Assembly (NCBI GenBank): GCA_951406725.2
Contig: OX597816.1
Location: 143,468,001-143,532,000, forward strand
Length of the DNA: 64,000 nt
Origin: Octopus vulgaris
Lineage: Eukaryota
Direction of reading: 5' to 3'
The translations under genes and the position numbers were made by a program. The notes below the pieces were generated by a model. The model was not told the DNA's origin and made no database searches. It saw only the letters and a list, made by a program, of their open reading frames with translations. Positions 40,198 to 54,330 of the stretch are shown here, one piece after another. Every line of letters begins with the position of its first letter. Positions within the stretch are counted from its first letter, which is position 1.

Positions 40198-40900
40198 AAT
40201 CTAGTTTCAGCTCACTAGCTGTGGCCATGCTGGGGCACCGCCATTTGGTGTTGCTACATGATTTTACTTCACGAATGCTTTTTAGCAATTGCCATTTGGT
40301 GCATGAGAGATTTCGATGCAGCTGCCCTTATCTGCACCTCCTGCTGTGAAGTTGTTTCATCTGGGATACCTGACAAGAAGAGATCCAGTTTCATTTTAAA
40401 GACATCTGCATCCACTCCATGCAGGTCTCTTAGGTTCTTCGGGAGGATATTGAAGAGCTGTGGGCCTCGGAAGCCCAGGCTATCACAGTATCTTGTCCTA
40501 CATCTTGATGGCAAATTTGGAGTCCTTGGCACTATGCAGTGGCACCCAGTTCTGGCATTTGTGTAACTCTCGATGCCAAAGTTTGGGACAAGTCCTTCTA
40601 GAATCTTCCAGATGCATATTATGGCATATCTTTCTCGCCTACGCTCTAAGGAATAGAGTCTCAATCTCTTGAGTTTTGCCAATAGCTTATATGCTGCACA
40701 GAGGCTGTCTTCGTGTAGCTTCGTTGGATCGCCTCAAGTTCTGTGATTAACTTGACACTGGATGAGAGCAATAGTCAAAGTGGCTTAGGACAAGTGCCCT
40801 CCAGAGGACCATCATGGTTTCTGGTCTCTTGTTCTGAAGGTTCAGCCGCCTACATTTCATTGCCAATTTAGCAACATGCACATGAAAGGTTGCATCATCA
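40198..40900 (-). mobile_element. CR1/L2-group LINE 3' end (second family)
   Basis: LKRLRLYSLERRRERYAIICIWKILEGLVPN...RGPQLFNILP...FKMKLDLFLSGIPD. Its 3' tail resembles the family B SINE tail. Confidence 0.9.
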
Positions 40901-41530
40901 CTCATGTAAATACCCAGGTCTCGCACTGATTGTGCCTCTGGGATTGCTCCTCATCTGGCTTCCAGCTGAACTCCTCTTTCTTGCTCCAAGACCAACAAGA
41001 GGCTCTTTCAGCTGCCTTTCCATCCGGTGCACAGCCAACCTTCACTTCTTTCCTCGCATTGCAATGGCTGTAAGCACCCTCCATGCCGACTGTGTAGGGA
41101 ATCCCCTACAGCCAACCTCGACTGGGAAAAGCTATACCTGCCATCCTGCAGAAGGCTCTCATATTTGGCACACTTCCGTTCATGGACCTCATCATTCCCC
41201 TCTTCCCACGGGATTTTAATTAAGATAGTTTTCTTGGTCTTTTCAGATCACAGGACCACATATGGCCTCAGGGTTGTATGGATGACCTGGGAAAACTGCA
41301 GTCTCTCCGCTAGATCCACTAGCAGCAAGCTATGTATTGTTTTTGCTGACTTTACTGGTCTCTCCCCAACTTTCACGAACTTAATTGTTGTTGCTGCCTT
41401 CCGGTGATGATGTTCCTTGCGCCTTTCTTGCTTTAGGGTGTGAGTAAGTGTTGCAAGTCCCCTATCATGGCACCACTTATATCTGCTTTGAGAAGGTGCT
41501 ATTCTGCACCCTGGTGCCAGAGTGCCTCTT
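40900..41530 (-). mobile_element. Hero/R2-like RLE LINE 3' fragment
   Basis: Minus strand gives WHD, LRPYVVL*SEKTKKTILI.IPWEEG.DEVHERK.AKY and a PVEVGCRG motif in a shifted frame. Confidence 0.75.
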
Positions 41531-41649
41531 TCTCTACAGAATCAATATAGTTATTTTGAGGAAAACAGACACCTCTTAAAATGGAATGTAAACACCTAAG
41601 TTTCACCAGTTTAATTTTATATATCTATGAAATGTTCAGGAGACTTAAT

Positions 41650-41779
<130 letters not shown>

Positions 41780-41826
41780 TCGAAAAATACCTTAGGAATG
41801 AGAACCCAGGTTCGAAATTTCCCCAA

Positions 41827-41872
41827 GACACCTGAAGAAGGCTGGATGGTATATTAGCCGAAACGTTGTATT
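41827..41872 (+). ncRNA. Minimal type I hammerhead motif in a Penelope-like pseudo-LTR (about 41779-41930)
   Basis: GACAC-CTGAAGA-A-GGCTG...TAGCC-GAAACGT-T-GTATT with a canonical core. Confidence 0.7.
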
Positions 41873-44800
41873 AACAACAAACAAGGCGAGGACAAATATC
41901 CGTCGAATGTAAATAATATAAATAATGAAAATAATGTATTAAGTACTCATTTGACAGCATGTCCGTCTTTTGATTACAGTCAATACAATAAAGAATGGTT
42001 TCTTTTATTTCACATTGGCCTGTAACTTTATCAAGATAAATATATCGCAACATCAATGCAGTTTGTTCTAGATGTGGCGAATCAAAACATGCACACAGAA
42101 TTATGCTCTAATATCTTGCATACTCACAGTCTGTTACAATAACGTTTCCAACTTAATCGGCAAAACAATTAAGGAACTCATTTTGACTACCAGATGATAA
42201 ATAATGAGCTTGCAAGTGTTCCTTTATAACTTGTGGTCTTACTTTTGTTTAAACACTTATTCATAACGCTAGTGTAACGAAATTACCAAGAAATTACCTT
42301 CGGATCACTGACAAAGTAGTTTTTGCCCCCAAACGCCAGTTCTTACACTTCAAAAATGTAACATCCAGTGTACATTGTAAATTTTTTTCAAAGATTTACT
42401 CTATTCTCCAACACCTTAGAACAAAAACATAATAAGACAATTTATGTAATAATCACCAGTTTGTAGTCGACATGGAAATAAGAAAACACTATTTTGCATT
42501 TGCTACAAAATCATCAGTCACACAAATGTTCTCCACCATCTTTCTTTATGTATCATTAAAATCATAGGAAATGTACGGTCCAAATGATCCTTGGGAAATT
42601 CGTTTAAAAATGTTTGTGTCCTCGTTTTGAAGCTTCATTAACCTTAGCAGTGGTAGGTACCGCTTTTTCTTATATTCCAATGATCTTATATGATCTGATG
42701 TAACAGAAAAAGAGGGTTTACTTGTCATCTGAGCTGTCTTCATTAATCACAGTTAATTGAGTAATGTATGTTTCTGTCATTATAGAATTGTAGAGGTATG
42801 TATTGTAATTTCGTCAACATTAGTAATCGATACGGAATTACTTCACCTGAAAAAAGCAAGACAGTGTGTTGTTCGTTAGATGAATTTTGATCTCCCTCAT
42901 AACAAGAATTAAATAAATAAACAAATATTTCATTGACAATTATCATAATTTTAATTCAGATGACTTTTAATAATTCACTCATTATATAATGTTGTTTTCA
43001 TTCATTTGCTTATCATAATTATACACGAGAATGGGCTGTGTCTTATAATTGTATACAGTACTAATATAATAATTATAATATCATAGAACTCGTTGAATAC
43101 GGAAAGTTGTTAAGTATATTACAGTACTTACTTTCATCCCTACCCAGACAACTATACATACTGCTAATAATACAAAATTGTGTTTTCTGTTATTTTTCGA
43201 ATAGTGACGGGCACCTGGTAAATACCATGGCTACAAATCGGAGTTGATTGTTGCAAATATTTAGATCATGCCTCCAGTTTGAGGATAGAATAAATTTATG
43301 CGCTGTCACTGACTGCATCAATCTATGAACTATGGTTTCTTACTTTCTGTCTTCCTCCATTTATATAGCGAAAGTCTTGCAAATGTGACTTCTGCCTTTC
43401 ACTCCTGATTAAGCCATTAAAAGGTTGTCACTTGAGAATACGTTGTCTGAGGAAGATAAACTCAGCCAATCGTCTTTGTCTTGGCATTGGATCTCAGCAG
43501 TTGTTATAAATATGGAGGCTTACGTGCAACAGTCTGTTCTATGTTAAATACATTAAAGAAAGGGAATCCACTCCAGTGAACGGATATCTTTCTCAACTTC
43601 GAGAGATACCTATCAAATCTAGCTAATTTATAACCGTAGTCATACGAGCCCATTGTTATGTCTTCTAGAAATATCAGCCACATGTTCTGTGAATCACATG
43701 TTGTTAAATACGGGGAGGACACATTCGAGAATGTAGATCTAAATATCCATAAAAAGCAGTATGGCTATGGCTGGGATACCTTTGCTCATATATCTGCTCG
43801 GTCAGTGATGACTTTTATCCCTATATTTCAATGCCTTCATGCAACAGAGCAACGAATTACTATGAGTCTTGTATTTAGCCCAAATTAACCTTGATGATAC
43901 AGAACTATTATCAAAGGTATTCTATCCATGGCTATCGCACCTCATTTCCAAGGATAGTGTACCGAGGGCATTTTTCAAGATAGTAGGGGATAACTTAAGG
44001 GAGATTTGGCTACTATTTCTAGCTATTTACAGCAACCACTTAGAGGTGCTATCGTTGGCTCGTTGAGCAGCAAGTTAACTGCTCAAATAGGAGAGTGCAG
44101 GGATGAATATGCCATGCAGTATGTAGTGACGTCTTTTTAAGATCTGAGTTATATTAATCGGTGGTCGATTCCGTAAACACTACTCTAGTATAGAGATTGA
44201 TTTAATAGACTATTCAGTTCTTTCAAATGTATGACCGTGTACGTAAGTTAGTATTTAGTTCCGTATCAACAGGTCTTGAGTTGAAGTCCCGTCAAGGCTA
44301 ACATTGCCTTTCCGAAGGTAGATTTGTTTACCAGAATTATTGGATCACAACTGAGTTGTAAATGAAGATTACGTGAGCACTTGAGATTTGCTTGTATTCA
44401 ATTTCAAATTATTTTCTACAAGTAATATACCGTGTTTGATGGCGTATAAAATGCAATTTTTATCAAAAAAATGTTTTAAAAAATTCATCCGGGTCCTATA
44501 TGCGAAGTTGGGCCTATATTAATATACTTTAATGCACTAAAAATGAGCATCGAAGGATGATAGGGACGTCTGGCCCAGAGTTGCAATATCTGATTCAACA
44601 AAGCTCGTGTGGTTGAGCAGGAGTTTTGTCACCTACGCAGTTGGGTAGTCCCGAGCAGCTCTGGTGTTGCGGTGAAAAGGGAAGAAACACCCACAGAGCT
44701 GCTTCACCGGCTGGTAAGATATCGACTCCTGCATTCAGAGACAGAGTAGAGCAGCGCCTTCAGCACACTAGTGTTTACTCGAAAAAAATATTGGTTTCAA

Positions 44801-45561
44801 ATTTTGGCACAAGGCCAGAAATTTCAGGGAAAGGGGAAAGTCGATTACATCGACTCTAGTGAATATGCCATGATACTTATTTGATCGACCTCGAAAGGAT
44901 AAAAGGTAAAGGCGACCTCGGTGGCATTTGAACTCAGAATGTGAAGACGGACGAAAAGCCCAAAGTGCTAATGATTTTGTCAGTCCTCCGCTTTCGCTTA
45001 CCCTAAAAAATTGAATCTATTTCAAGTGTCGCATACATCACAGTAATGGCGGTATATCATTCTGAAGTTTATTGAAGCTGGACTTTTATCTTCTTGATGT
45101 TTAGTCTCGTATCAACTCTCACTGAGATTCACTGGTAACCATCCCAAATTTTCGTATATTCTCATTGATCTTGATAAATTTCTTTATTTAAGACAGTAAG
45201 ATGGGATTTAGTGGCAATAACAAACAGATTGGCTGACCGTGTAGTTAGTTGTGTAATTGGCTCGTTCTTTTCGTATGTAGGAATCCAATTCTTCTTTCTG
45301 TCACTAAGTGGAGGTAAGAGGAACATTGCCAGACATGTATTGCTGATGTACAAGTTTCAGACGTTTTAGTAATACTTCCAAGAAGTTGGGCGGGTTATCA
45401 GTGGAGTCTACGTGGGAAGTTGGCCATTCCATTCATGCTTAGCACGGACAGATGACTGTGTATTTAGATACCCAAACTTAAAAGATAATACTCGCACACA
45501 TGAACAAACAAACACACGCACACATACACATGCATACACATACGTATACAAACACGTACAC

Positions 45562-45618
<57 letters not shown>

Positions 45619-46012
45619 AACACACTCTCTCAACTCTTTATATACACCTATCTCTTTCTTGCTCTCTTTCCTTCCCTCTCTTTCCCCCCCCTCTCTCTCT
45701 CTCCCTCTCGCTTACTTTCTTTCTCACACAAGCACAAACATATACAGACTGGCATATACAGACAGAAATGAATTTTTCTTATTTGGGAGGATGAGTCATT
45801 AAGGAAACAAGAAGGGAAAGAGAGGAAAAGTTATAAAATCAAAAGAAAGAAGAAAGCGAGGCGATGTGGTGAGAGACTGAATCAGAGAGAGAGAAAGAGA
45901 GAGAGAGAGAAAGAGAGAGAGCGAGAGAGAGAGAGAGAAAAGAGAAAGAGAAAGAGAGAGACGCTAGTTAAAAGTTAAAGACCGTGGGTGTATACTCAGC
46001 ATATTCACCTAC

Positions 46013-46071
<59 letters not shown>

Positions 46072-46395
46072 CTGAAAGGGAATCGCCTTGTGGTAAAATT
46101 TGAAGGAGCCGCCGATGGGCGAAATTCTCAGTTACAGTATTTTATTGATACAAACTTATATAAGAAAAACCATAAGCAACCTTATGTGTCTTTCCTTTGC
46201 TTATAATCTAAGATAGTCCTTTCGCCTGATCAAAGACACTGTATGTACACGGTAAAATCCGTATAATAAGCATTTTTATTCAGAGATAAAATTTCGGTAA
46301 ACCATCATGTAAGCTGGACTAATATATCAGTGAGAGGCACGTAATCCACCACTTAACCATATACTCATACTCTCGACTTTGAATAATGCACTCCC

Positions 46396-46479
<84 letters not shown>

Positions 46480-46483
46480 TGTG

Positions 46484-47295
46484 AAGGCGGCGAGCTGGCA
46501 GAATCGTTAGCACACCGGGCGAAATGCATAGCGGTGTTTCGTCTGTCAATACGTTGTTAGTTTAAATTCCGCCGAGGTCGACTTTGCCTTTCATCCTTTC
46601 GGGGTCGATTAAATAAGTACCTGTTACGCACTGTGGTCGATATAATCGAATTAATCCGTTTGTCTGTCCTTGTTTGTCCTCTCTGTGTTTAGCCCTTGTG
46701 GGTAGTAAAGAAATAGGTAGGTCGTCTGTGAATACGTTCTGAGTTCAAACTCTGCCGAGGTCGACTTTACCTTTCATCCTTTCGGGGTCGATAAATTAAG
46801 TATCAGTTGAGTACTGTAGTCGATGTAATCGACTTGTCACCTCTCCACAAATTTGAGGCTTTTTGCCTACAGTAGACAGGATTACTATTATTATATGTCG
46901 CATAAAGATGGTGAGCTGGCAGAAACGTTAGCATGCCGGGGGAAATGCTTAGCAGTATTTCGTCTGTCTTTACGTTCTGAGTTCAAATTCCACCGAAGTC
47001 GACTTTACCATTCATCCTTTCGGGGTCAATAAATTAAGTACCAGTTGCGTCCTGGAGACCCCTCCCCACCAAATTTCGGGCCTTTTGCCTAGAGTAGAAA
47101 AGAATCATTAGTACGCCAGGCAAAATAGCAGCATTTCGTCCGTCTTTACGTTCTGAGTTCAAATTCTGCTTAGGTCAACTTTGCGTTTTATTTTTTCGGG
47201 GCCGATGAAATAAGTGCCAGTCAAGTATTACGGTCGACACAATCAACTCTTCCTCCCACCCTCAGAACTACTGGTCTTGTACCAAAATTTGAAAC
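46484..47295 (+). mobile_element. Tandem array of about four family A SINE units after (ATT)n
   Basis: AAGGCGGCGAGCTGGCAGAATCG head and repeated GAGTTCAAATTC..GTCGACTTT.CCTTTCATCCTTTCGGGGTCGAT units. Confidence 0.9.
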
Positions 47296-48990
47296 CTTTA
47301 TTAGATGTCGCCAAAAAATTCTGGAAGTGTTTAAATGTTTCGAAAATAGCCTGGCAAGGAAAAGTTAGGGGGAACATATTTAATTTATTTTATGTTGCAA
47401 GTTGGGAACAATAGTGGGGTGTTCATTGAACCAAAAACTGCATTTTTGTCGGCGAGTTATAAGGGAGCGTCTGACTTGATACTGAACAAATATCTCAAGA
47501 AACAAGTTCGAAAAGTACCAATAGTTCTTTTTTTGCAAGAGTTTATTAATTTTGCGAAAGACATGCACAAACACACACATATACACTTGTACACACACAT
47601 ATTCACATATGCACATGCACACATCTGCACACACTTCACACACACATATACACGAAGTCGGCGGTGTATTAGGTCTATGAACTTACACGAAAGATTGCCG
47701 AAAAGCTTGTATTTACAACTATTCTGAGACTCTTTCCACATTGATTTCCAATACAATGCATTAAGGAGAAAGAGTAAGATTATTTCTTTATCTTTAAGTG
47801 AATTTCTATAGTTTTTTTTTCGAGTCATTACTATTTCAACAGACAACTTAATTTATTTTATAAGTATTTTACTTAAAACTTACAATCCCATCATACCACT
47901 TGAATTTAGTGGTATCTTTACACTCTGCACCTGGGAGCACTTCGTAATGCTCTTGTTAAGCTCTTATTAAAAATAGAAAATATGTATTTTATTTTACGAT
48001 TCAAAGCATGTCATGTAAATTTTTACATATATGAAACAATATCTTTTCTCGGTGAAAGAGATAAAAAGCGTAGGTTTTAAAATGTTTTCTTATGGAGTGC
48101 ATCAACTCGTCTCTTTCAAGTGTCCTTCATGAAAGAGTTTTAGTGAGTTATTCTCAACGTCTACTCAATTTTATTCATATTACATGGGCCGACATGAGGC
48201 TACAGGAAAGAACACTTGCTCAAGATACGACGCAATGGCATTGAAATAGGGACTTCGTGACTACAATGTAACATTCTTAACCATTCGGCCAAACTGCGCC
48301 TACATAACGAATTTGTTTGTTTGTTTGTGTGTGTGTATGTGTGTATATGTGTGTGTGCGTGCATGCATATGTGTGCGTGTGCGTCTGTGTGTGTTTGTGG
48401 ATGTCTGTATATATGTGTCTTTGTGTCTGAGTTTGTCCCTCACAACTGCTTGACAACCGGTATAGGTGTGATTACGAAGCCATAGCTTTGCGGTTTGGAA
48501 AAAGTGACTCTTAGAATAATTAAAGGCTTAAAAAATAAGTTTATGAACACACGCGCGCACACGCACAAACACACACACATCATGTTTACATATACACACG
48601 ACAGGTTTCTTTCAGTTTCCGTCTGCCAAGTCCACTCACAAGGCTTGCTTAGCCACAGGCAATACAACAGTAGAAAGCATTTTCCCAAAGTGCCAGGCAG
48701 GGGGACTGAACCATGTTTTAGGGAACCAAACCTTGTACCACACAGCCACATCTGCGTGTAATAGTAATAATAATCCTTTCTACTTAAGACACGTGGCCTG
48801 AAATTTTACGAGAGGGAACTAGTCGATTATATCAATCCCAGTGTTTCACTGGTACTTAATTTATCGACTCCGAAAGGATGAAAGGCAAAGTCGACCTTGG
48901 TGGAACTTTTGCTTAGAACGTAGATATGGGCGAAATACCGTTAAGCATTTTGTCCACACACACACACACACACACATACACGCACACACA

Positions 48991-49059
<69 letters not shown>

Positions 49060-49149
49060 CTTCACCTTAACCCCTCCAGGAGAAAGCGCTACTGCAAAGT
49101 TCACACCGCTCTTCTCATTAAATGTTAAAAGTAGGTAAGATTTTCCTTA

Positions 49150-49721
49150 GCTTTGTAGACAAGCACTTCCCCGTACAAATAGGTTCAGCAAAATATTTAA
49201 AAGGTACACCTTGAGAATTTCTTTTAGCTGTGTAACCAATGTAAACAAGATTTTAGTAGGTAGACCCACACCTAAGTCAGAGGCAGGATGCACATGTAGA
49301 GGTAACACATGTCCACTGAACGGCCACTGTAACACGAGGCAGAGGTAACACCAATAGGACCAAATGGGCAGCCAAACGTGCCTAAGTACGAGGGAACAAC
49401 TGAAGGCTCCTTCAGGACTCGCTATGACAACCACAAGCACTCCTTCAACATCCCGGAGAGACGTAACGCCACAACTCTGGCCAAGAACGTATGATTATTG
49501 AAAGACAGCGCTATCAACTACAGCATAAAGTGGAAGATACTAGAGAATGTAAAGCGTACTTCAATAGCAGCGAGAAGTGCAGATTATACTTAGCCGAGAG
49601 AAGAGCGATTTTAAAGAGCACCCAGCACAAAGGCATTTACTTGAATAGCAGAAGTGAGAGTTTTAATCCTTGCCTACATGAAAGGAAGTACATCCTATCA
49701 TACCTGCGTGGGCCATCATGA
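49150..49721 (+). pseudogene. Penelope-like GIY-YIG endonuclease region, frameshifted
   Basis: CPLNGHC, GTTEGSFRTRYDNHKHSF, NATTLAK, YSIKWKILE, CRLYLAERRAIL, LNSRSE..NPCLH.RKY. Confidence 0.85.
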
Positions 49722-50373
49722 CTATAATCACCAGTCGCCCAACTTTGTCCCTCCACCAAAACCTTGCAGTCCGGCAAAGTGTTTGACCAGAACATACACT
49801 AACACACTCACAAACAAACACACACACCCCAGAACGGCGAACACGTACCCAATTGACCTCCTCCCCTGCAATATATGCTCCCATACATATTATACCCCTA
49901 CAGACAACGCATGCACACAATATTTCAGTTTAACCGTCTGCCAAGTCACACCAACGAAGGCATAAATGCTGTATGCCCCCCCCCGCAAAGACTATACATA
50001 TAGTATCACTGTATACATTCTATTTCCACAAGAGTCCCAAAGGCAGGGGGACTGAACCATGTTTCTCAGGGAACCAAACCTTGTACCACACAGAACCACA
50101 TCTCCAGAGGCGATGTAATAGTAATACATAATCATTTCTACTAAAGTCACGTGGCCTGATTCGTTTCATCATCTCTTTCACAGCAACCACAAACCTGATG
50201 TGTCTATTCACCTCCAACAATAGAGAACAGTTGCCATATTTCATTCATAACGGCTACTTCTGATGAATGGTGCGTTACATTATCGGACTGTTGCCTAACA
50301 CTCCGTTGAACCCCTAGTGCGAAACTGATTGGTAAGATCAGCCGCAATGGACATACAATACTGTACACTTCGA

Positions 50374-50438
<65 letters not shown>

Positions 50439-50441
<3 letters not shown>

Positions 50442-51145
50442 TTTCTTTTCCCCCGTCTGTCTTGATAGACAATGGGTCGCGCCAAGGGTGGGGCCTACTT
50501 TGATGATGAGCAGCGTCTGCTGTGACTGAACAGTCCAATTCTAGAGTAGCAGTCCTTGGTACAGTTGCTGCACACGAACATCGATGGGTACGTGTGGGGT
50601 GTTGCTGCAGTTGTCCTCCTCCTGTCCCGCCTGTCCGACCACAGCTGTGCTCTCCTTTCCTTAGCCATGGAAACGCCTTTCCTCACTGTCCGACGCCAGG
50701 CAGAGCGGTCAGCAGCTGTTTCCTCCCACGTGTCCACACAGATGTTGGCAGTCCTCAGGTCGCGCTTGCACACATCCCTGTATCGTAGCTGTGGACGTCC
50801 CTTGGGTCGGGATCCCGTGGTGAGTTCGCTGTACAGGATGTCTTTAGGCATGCGACCGTCCTGCATGCGGCAGACGTGTCCGAGCCAGCGCAGTCGTCTC
50901 CGCACGAGGAGAGCATGCATGCTTGGTATATTAGTCTGTTCTAGGATGACTCCGTTTGGTACTCGGTCCTTCCAGGAGATGCCAAGGATCCGTCGAAGAC
51001 ACCGCATGTGGAAGCCGCTGAGGCGGCATTCTTGCCGGGTGTATGTTGTCCAGCTCTCGCTGCTGTAGAGTAGGGTGCTCAGCACGCAGGCTCGGTACAC
51101 TGCGATCTTGGTGGTTATTGTGAGCATGTTGTTTTCCCACACTCT

Positions 51146-51148
<3 letters not shown>
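50439..51148 (-). mobile_element. 5'-truncated RTE-clade LINE with an uninterrupted ORF C-terminus
   Basis: TKIAVYRACVLSTLLYSSESWT...FHMRCLRRILGISWKDRVPN...RRLRWLGHVCRM.DGRMPKDILYSEL..GSRPKGRPQLRY.D, a terminal C..C...SRIGLFSH finger, and a stop at 50495. Confidence 0.95.
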
Positions 51149-51182
<34 letters not shown>

Positions 51183-51184
<2 letters not shown>

Positions 51185-51442
51185 AGGCGCAATAGCCCAG
51201 TGGTTAGGGTAGCGGACTCGCGGTCGTAGGATCGCGGTTTCGATTCCCAGACCGGGCGTTGTGTGTGTTTCTTGAGCGAAAAACACCTAAAAGCTCCACG
51301 ACGCTCCGGCAGGGGGTGGTGATTCCTGCTGTACTCTTTCACCAATCTATCTCTCACTCTTTCGTCTGTTGGCTAAAACAATGCGAACGCATTGTGACCA
51401 GCGATGTGTAGCAACATCTGATGGTCTGGTCGGTCACGTGAT

Positions 51443-51449
<7 letters not shown>
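51183..51449 (+). mobile_element. tRNA-derived SINE family D
   Basis: TAGCCCAGTGGTTAGGG A-box, GTTTCGATTCCC B-box, TTGAGCGAAAAACACCTAA core, ending GTCACGTGATCACGTGAT then (TA)n. Confidence 0.85.
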
Positions 51450-51475
<26 letters not shown>

Positions 51476-51728
51476 CCTACTTGAGGGACGAAGAACTTGC
51501 CCAAAATTGACTGATGTTTATGACGTATCATATGTTACATTCACGATTAGTTGTTATCAGCAACACTTGCAGACGCTTCTCTATAAGTGCCAACACCTTT
51601 AGCAATATTTATAGCAGTCAATTTAAAGTTTAAGCGGAGTTGGTGGAATTTCTGTATTCTCATCTGTATCCTGAGCTTGCTTTTGTTCAAACAGCATCAG
51701 CTTCTCATTAGATAAACTCTTCTATTGG

Positions 51729-52160
51729 GCATTATCAATTCAATCATATCATTGAAACTCAACATCAAGTGTCATAATCTTTCCGAATTTGATGCAGACG
51801 TTCTACTTGTCGAAGACTTGTAAAGCCACAGATACAGTCTAGACATCGTATACCTTTTCCAGCACCATTCAAAGTCGAGTGTTTCACAGCATCCATTATG
51901 TTGAACTTCTTCCATTAACTTTAAGTTCATTACTTCTATCAGTTGCTTTTATTAGTAGTTTGAAAGTTCTTCTCGAATAATTTACCCTGAGGTTAGCTAT
52001 CACACCTTGATCCATTGGCAGGAGCAAAAAAGTTGTACTTGTGGGAGATAAACACAAACACTGAGATTACACACACATACACTCGCACACATGCACACGC
52101 TCCCACACACACGCATACACATGCACATACACACCGATATATATACACACACGCGCACAC

Positions 52161-52230
<70 letters not shown>

Positions 52231-53134
52231 GGACAGCTTCTTTCAGTTTCCGTTTACCGAATCCACTCTCAAGGCTTTGGTCAGCCCGAGGCTATAGTAG
52301 AAGACACTTGCCCAAGATGCTACGCAGTAGAACTGAACCCAGAACCATGTGGTTGGTAAGCAAGGTACTTACCACACAGCCACTTGCTTTTGTTGTTATT
52401 TTTGCAGTTTCGAAAAAAAAAAAAAAAACTGTTGAACGCATTATCACTTCAATCATATCATTCAAACTCAACATCAAGTGTCATAATCTTTCCGAATTTG
52501 ATGCAGACATTCTACTTGTCGAAGACTTGTAAAGCCACAGATACAATCTAGACATCGTATACCTTTTCCAGCACCATTCAAAGTCGAGTGTTTCACAGCA
52601 TCCATTATGTTGAACTTCTTCCATTAACTTTAAGTTCATTACTTCTATCAGTTGCTTTTATTAGTAGTTTGAAAGTTCTTCTCGAATAATTTACCCTGAG
52701 GTTAGCTATCACACCTTGATCCATTGGCAGGAGCAAAGAAGTTGTACTTGTGGGAAATAAACACAAACACAGAGATTACACACACATACACTCGCACACA
52801 TGCACACGCTCCCACACACACGCATACACATGCACATACACACCGATATATATACACACACACACGCACACACACACACACGCACACACACGCACACACA
52901 CATATATATATATATGGACGGCTTCTTTCAGTTTCCGTTTACCGAATCCACTCTCAAGGCTTTGGTCAGCCCGAGGCTATAGTAGAAGACACTTGCCCAA
53001 GATGCTACGCAGTAGAACTGAACCCAGAACCATGTGGTTGGTAAGCAAGGTACTTACCACACAGCCACTTGCTTTTGTTGTTATTTTTGCAGTTTCGAAA
53101 AAAAAAAAAAAAACTGTTGAACGCATTATCACTT
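51729..53134. repeat. Recent tandem duplication of about 0.7 kb, each unit containing a family B SINE fragment
   Basis: Units 51729-52437 and 52438-53122 are near identical except for CA-repeat length and a few substitutions. Confidence 0.95.
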
Positions 53135-53867
53135 TAGAACATGAAAATCAGTGGGAAAATTTATCCCGTGTTACGTGATTTCACATTCAAACATGAAAAT
53201 GAATAAGAAAATTAATTTCGTGTTTCCATTAATTTCGCGTTACGAGATTTTACGTGGTCGAACCCTCTAGCTGAAACGTTGCAGCTGGTTACGTCTCTGT
53301 TTATGTTTTAGTTTGTCATATCGTATGTTTCTATCAGTAATCGTAAAATAATGAGAGAGAAAGAGAGAGAGAGAGAGAGAAAAAAAGAAAAAAGAGAGAT
53401 AGGGAGAAAGAGGAAAAAGAAAAAAAAGGGCTTAAGAGAAGGAGAGAAAGAGAGGAGAAAGAGAAAGGAAATTGGTTAAGAAATTTTAATGCAGCTTTTT
53501 CTTTTCGCATCTGTACTAGATTTGAGAACATATGCAATAATAATGTGGATAAGAGAAAGTTAAGTAGAAAGCCCACACAGCAGAATAAATAAATAAATGA
53601 ATATAAAATAAATAAAAATATAAATACCCAAGGACAGACATATTTAAAACTTAATGGTTATTTGTACTTGAGGTTAGTATGTTAGGAGAGTCTGTCCTCT
53701 TATCAGCAGCATTGCCAAGATGACTCACCAAGACAAACTAACACAGAGGCTACCAATCATAACTACTTATAATAACTCTGCAGAGTTGACGAAAGTTTTC
53801 GTGAAAGACTGCCAAAGAGGAGAACTGCCAAAATAATGAAGTTTTTCTTTTTGCATGAAAATATCTT

Positions 53868-54330
<463 letters not shown>

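Noticed and set aside
44653-44703. 10-bp stem AGCAGCTCTG/CAGAGCTGCT in a GC-richer patch
   Set aside because: No ribozyme or ncRNA motif could be fitted; probably a retroelement UTR fragment.
50495-51286. 263-aa ORF as a host gene
   Set aside because: It is a chance fusion of antisense SINE, (CA)n and a truncated RTE ORF.
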